DNA of 38,253 bases. Origin: a virus (Duplodnaviria; Caudoviricetes). The notes under the pieces are model-generated. The model saw only the letters and a program-made list of their open reading frames with translations, was not told where the DNA came from and made no database searches. Where the stretch lies: positions 1-38,253 of the IMG/VR virus record IMGVR_UViG_3300020042_000436; one strand, 5' to 3'. Made by a program: the position numbers and the translations under genes. This document shows, in pieces, positions 35,097 to 38,253 of this stretch; the first letter of the stretch is position 1, and every line of letters starts with the position of its first letter.

Positions 35097-35124
35097 ATAA
35101 TACACTAAAATTTTACATTGTCTA
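35097..35124 (-). promoter_or_regulatory. Putative sigma70 promoter with a palindrome in the spacer
   Basis: TAGACA (35124-35119), 16 nt, TATTAT (35102-35097); palindrome TAAAATTTTA at 35106-35115. Confidence 0.5.
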
Positions 35125-35130
35125 ATCTAT

Positions 35131-36681
35131 TTATCTAAGTATTTCCCCGTATAAGTCGATGAGTCGGTTGTGGATATCTACCTTGTTACCCAGCATTTTG
35201 TACATCCGGCGTTCTACCCCGCTGCCTTGCAGGTGCACCACCACAGAGGGGTTTTTCTGCCCTGCTCGGTGAACACGCGCATTGGCCTGTAGGTAGGTTT
35301 CGACGGACATCACTGGACTCCAGTAGACGATGGTATTGGCGGCGTGCAGAGTTACCCCGTGCGATGCCGCTTGTGGTTGGATGACCAGCACCTGCAAGTC
35401 ATCCTTTGTTTGGAACCGCTCAAAGATTTCTGAGCGTTTCCCCGCTGACACACCACCGTGGATGACGGCTGTCAGGTACCCATGCTTGCGTAAGTCTTCT
35501 GCAACCACCTCAATGGCGTGCCTGTACGGTACAAACACGAGCACCTTATGGCTGGACTCTTCAATGACCTCACGCAATACCGCAAGCCGATTGCTTGCAT
35601 CGAAATGGACGACTTCACCTGTGTCTGAATACACCGCACCACCAGACAGTTGCAGGAGTTTGTTCAGGTTGGCAGCGGCGTTGATTGTTGTGATCTCCTC
35701 CCCTGCTGCTCTCACGATAAGTTGCTTGCGTAGAAGCTCGTAGTATTTCTCTTGCTGGGCAGTAAGAGGTACATCTCGCGTTACGTAAGTCATCTCAGGT
35801 AAGTCTAAACATTGTTCTTTAGTAAAGCGTATCGCGGGTTGTAGCGCCTTGTGTACAACTTGTTCTGACTCTACCTTGGGTACCCACTTGAACTGCGTCA
35901 GCTTGTGCATGACCTGATCGCGGAATCTACCAAAGAAACGCGGTACACCCTCGGGGTTCACCAGCTTGGCGATGCCATACGCATCCATTGGTGACTGCGA
36001 TGCCGGGGTACCTGTTAGCAGCCACAGCCACGTGCGAGGTTTGATGAGGTTATTCAGCACCTTCCAACGTCTTGTGGAGGGGTTCTTATAGGCGTTCGCC
36101 TCGTCAATTACAATGAGATCAAAGTTGCCCTTGATGATGGCGTTTGCAACAATCTCTACCCCGTCATAGTTGATGATGACGTACTCGGCATCTCCGGTGA
36201 TGATCGCCCTGCGCTTCTCGGGTTTGCCGTAGGCAACGTCTACCCTGCGGTGCATTGCCAGCTTGAACAAGTCATTGCGCCATGCTGAGTCCATGATGGA
36301 TAGCGGACAAATAACCAGCACCCGCTTGATAACGCCCTTTGACATCAGGTAGTCCGATGCCCAAATGACCGAACCCGTCTTGCCCGTTCCTTGCTCGTTA
36401 AAACAGAACGACTTGCGGTTCATCGTCAGGAAGGACGCTGTAACTTTTTGGTGTGCGAACGGTTTATACAGGCCCGGCCACTTGTACGTAGCATTAATGG
36501 GCGAGGGTACATCTTTGATCTTGAGGTTCTTCAAGACAATTGACTCCTCCAAATCCCAGTTCACCAGCACTTCGGCAACCTCACCATCATCTGACAAAAC
36601 TTTGCTCTTTGGAATCACCGTAGTGATCCGGTCAGGGTTGCGTACCTTCAACAGTAGCGCCCTGTTCTCAATGATTTCCAT
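35131..36681 (-). CDS. SNF2-family (SF2) helicase
   Basis: RBS GGAG before ATG 36681; motif I 'NEQGTGKT', II 'VIDEAN', III 'LLTGTP', VI 'QANARVHRAGQ'. Confidence 0.9.
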   Translation of the reverse strand: MEIIENRALLLKVRNPDRITTVIPKSKVLSDDGEVAEVLVNWDLEESIVLKNLKIKDVPSPINATYKWPGLYKPFAHQKVTASFLTMNRKSFCFNEQGTGKTGSVIWASDYLMSKGVIKRVLVICPLSIMDSAWRNDLFKLAMHRRVDVAYGKPEKRRAIITGDAEYVIINYDGVEIVANAIIKGNFDLIVIDEANAYKNPSTRRWKVLNNLIKPRTWLWLLTGTPASQSPMDAYGIAKLVNPEGVPRFFGRFRDQVMHKLTQFKWVPKVESEQVVHKALQPAIRFTKEQCLDLPEMTYVTRDVPLTAQQEKYYELLRKQLIVRAAGEEITTINAAANLNKLLQLSGGAVYSDTGEVVHFDASNRLAVLREVIEESSHKVLVFVPYRHAIEVVAEDLRKHGYLTAVIHGGVSAGKRSEIFERFQTKDDLQVLVIQPQAASHGVTLHAANTIVYWSPVMSVETYLQANARVHRAGQKNPSVVVHLQGSGVERRMYKMLGNKVDIHNRLIDLYGEILR

Positions 36682-36890
36682 GCAATCTCCAATAGGTAAG
36701 CCCCGCAAATGCGGTCTGTGTTTTTATAGGTTCGGGGCTTCCACCCGACCCCTCTTCGCTTTTACGTCTGCGAGTCCAAGACGATCAGTTCCCCACAGAA
36801 AGCAAGTGGTGCTGACTGGTACGGTTATGTGAGGCAACCCTCTGTCTGCTACTACTCGTACCTTACCTCGCAGACGAACGCAAACCTATT
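36682..36890 (-). ncRNA. Candidate structured cis-regulatory RNA in the helicase leader
   Basis: 10-bp perfect stem 36765-36774/36867-36876, nested stems, a T-loop-like hairpin and alternative pairings (see findings). Confidence 0.55.
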
Positions 36891-37206
36891 TTTTCTTGCG
36901 CTCTTTCGCACTTGTTTCGGACACCACCTTGTGATTCGACCCGCGCTTAAACGATCTGTTTGTCGAGGCACTTTCAACACGCACCCCGTTCTTGTTGCTA
37001 CCGCCTTTAGACAGTGCCTTCACATGGGCAACATCTTTGCCTTCACGCAAGTCGGCCTTACCATTGCCGTTGGTATCTTTGCCTTCCTTGTCCAGCTTAC
37101 GCCTTGCACGCTGTCGCTCCATTCGCGCTTCGTGCGCCCCAGCGCGTTGCTGTTCTAAATCGTACTCGCGCTTGATATTACGATCAGCGGGGTTCTTGTA
37201 TGGCAT
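36886..37206 (-). CDS. HNH-like endonuclease
   Basis: Start MPYKNP at 37206 (RBS GGAAGGA); 'GKDVAHVKALSKGGSNKNGVRVESASTNRS' beta-beta-alpha motif. Confidence 0.7.
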   Translation of the reverse strand: MPYKNPADRNIKREYDLEQQRAGAHEARMERQRARRKLDKEGKDTNGNGKADLREGKDVAHVKALSKGGSNKNGVRVESASTNRSFKRGSNHKVVSETSAKERKKK

Positions 37207-37207
37207 G

Positions 37208-37891
37208 TCAATTCCTTCCGTTATGACCACATTCTGATACAGGGCACCATGCTTTGCAAGTGAAGTTTTTCTTTGGGTTGAACACCCCGGTCTCGTATGC
37301 TGTTTCACGTGAAACAAGGGCGTTGTCCAGCTTGGTGAAGATGTCAAATCGGTTCTGTACGTTGAAGTCCACAGGGATAAAGTCTTTGCAGACTACAAAC
37401 AATAATCCTGACCGCACCAGTTCAATCTCCGGGTAGTGCACGAACACGCACGCTGCCATCAGCGCCAGTTGCTTAGGGTCTGCGTAGCGGCTGCTCTTGC
37501 CTGTCTTGTAGTCGATGACTCGGGCTTCCTTCTTCTCACGGTTGATGATTAGCAAGTCGGCTATACCCCTGTACCAAACATCTTTGTCAAAGAACCCACA
37601 AGGCGCAAAACGCCCGTCCACCTTCTTGATGCCCATCTTCAACTCACAAATCTTTTCCCCCTCTATCTTCATGAGCTTCTGCAACATTGGCTCTATGTAC
37701 TTGTACTGCTCGGGTATAGGCTTCGCGTCTCGCACGTACTCTTCAGCAGCGGTATGTACAGCAGTGCCGTATAGCATCGCCTCGCTCTCAGGCTCTTTGA
37801 TGTCCTTCGCCACACGCATGTGGTAATACTTCTTTGGGCACTGGTCAAACAATGTGATGCTTGAGTAACTCCATGCGGGTGCTTTGTTCAT
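37208..37891 (-). CDS. Cas4/RecB-like PD-(D/E)XK exonuclease
   Basis: 'WSYSS...QCPKKY', 'GTAVH', 'RGIADLL', 'IDYKTGKS', 'QLALMA', C-terminal C..WC....C. Confidence 0.85.
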   Translation of the reverse strand: MNKAPAWSYSSITLFDQCPKKYYHMRVAKDIKEPESEAMLYGTAVHTAAEEYVRDAKPIPEQYKYIEPMLQKLMKIEGEKICELKMGIKKVDGRFAPCGFFDKDVWYRGIADLLIINREKKEARVIDYKTGKSSRYADPKQLALMAACVFVHYPEIELVRSGLLFVVCKDFIPVDFNVQNRFDIFTKLDNALVSRETAYETGVFNPKKNFTCKAWCPVSECGHNGRN

Positions 37892-38139
37892 GTGTTCTTC
37901 TGCTTTAGTTTGTTGTTAATGTTCTCGTAGGTTGCTCGTAACGATACTTCATGGCTGGCTACAAACTTCACACCGTCCTTGTTGATGTAGGGCGGGTCAT
38001 AGTCAAAGTGTTTAAACACCGCGCATCCCAGCAACTCCTCGTTTGTCAGACCTACCCACGGCCGCACGTAGTTTTGAATGTCATCGTCCTCGGTTAGCTT
38101 TGCTTGCGCTGCGGCTTGTTTACTTTTAAACCCGGTCAT
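37888..38139 (-). CDS. Small hypothetical protein (WVGLTxEE family)
   Basis: RBS AAGGAG; 'RPWVGLTNEE...KLKQKNT'; ATGA coupling at both ends. Confidence 0.7.
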   Translation of the reverse strand: MTGFKSKQAAAQAKLTEDDDIQNYVRPWVGLTNEELLGCAVFKHFDYDPPYINKDGVKFVASHEVSLRATYENINNKLKQKNT

Positions 38140-38253
38140 GTGTTCTCCTTGAGCGGCTTGATTACCCTCTTTAAAGATTTCTCTGTTTGTGTCTCAGCCG
38201 CCTTCATGTCAGCAAGCAGCTTCTCAATTTCTTCAATCGAGTACAAACCTTCG
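38136..38253 (-). CDS. Hypothetical protein, 3' end only
   Basis: Open frame EGLYSIEEIEKLLADMKAAETQTEKSLKRVIKPLKENT-stop; its TGA overlaps the next ATG. Confidence 0.55.
   Translation of the reverse strand, partial: EGLYSIEEIEKLLADMKAAETQTEKSLKRVIKPLKENT

Noticed and set aside
36726-36770. Cobalamin riboswitch (TAAAAGCGAA followed by a T-loop hairpin is reminiscent)
   Set aside because: The conserved GGGAA and downstream GCCCCCGCAACTGT/B12-box elements are absent.
36886-37347. Upstream starts given by the ORF track (36886..37347; also 2152, 3025, 4599, 11724, 33180, 36708)
   Set aside because: The extensions overlap neighbouring genes or the structured leader. Downstream starts with RBSs or stop/start coupling were used instead.
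37208-37891. CRISPR-Cas system suggested by the Cas4-like gene
   Set aside because: No repeat-spacer array or other cas genes are visible in the window.
1-38253. Stop-codon reassignment
   Set aside because: TAA, TAG and TGA all terminate genes at sensible, coupled boundaries, and long genes are uninterrupted in the standard code.

Overview
This 38 kb window is a segment of a tailed dsDNA bacteriophage genome. It has a podovirus-like layout: no tape-measure or sheath genes, but adaptor/nozzle genes and large internal 'ejection' proteins. Gene content and the AGGAGA-type ribosome-binding sites (RBSs) resemble uncultured freshwater phages of Betaproteobacteria, but the host is an inference. The + strand (1-29614) is the late/virion operon: the 3' part of a Mu-gpT-like major capsid gene, a cluster of small Lys-rich proteins, adaptor and tail proteins, two tail fibres plus chaperone, an embedded lysis cassette (GH108 endolysin, 3TM holin), the nozzle, and an internal-protein module with a GNAT-like gene and a 2117-aa protein carrying an HExxH motif. 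The - strand (29703-38253) is the convergent replication operon: primase-helicase (DUF927 type), two HTH proteins, an SSB-like protein, an SNF2-type helicase, an HNH protein and a Cas4-like PD-(D/E)XK nuclease. The best candidates for undescribed biology are: (1) a ~70-nt promoter-and-terminator-bounded RNA at the strand switch whose loop is complementary to the RBSs of several of the phage's own replication genes; (2) two internal proteins sharing an N-terminal leader that ends at a Gly run and flanking a GNAT-like gene, together with a recurrent hydrophobic-x-x-GG motif in 9 late proteins, which suggests a processing/acylation/packaging code; (3) a ~200-nt RNA with two mutually exclusive folds upstream of the helicase RBS, plus structured RNAs downstream of the capsid gene. 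All family assignments come from motif recognition by eye; no searches or folding programs were run.
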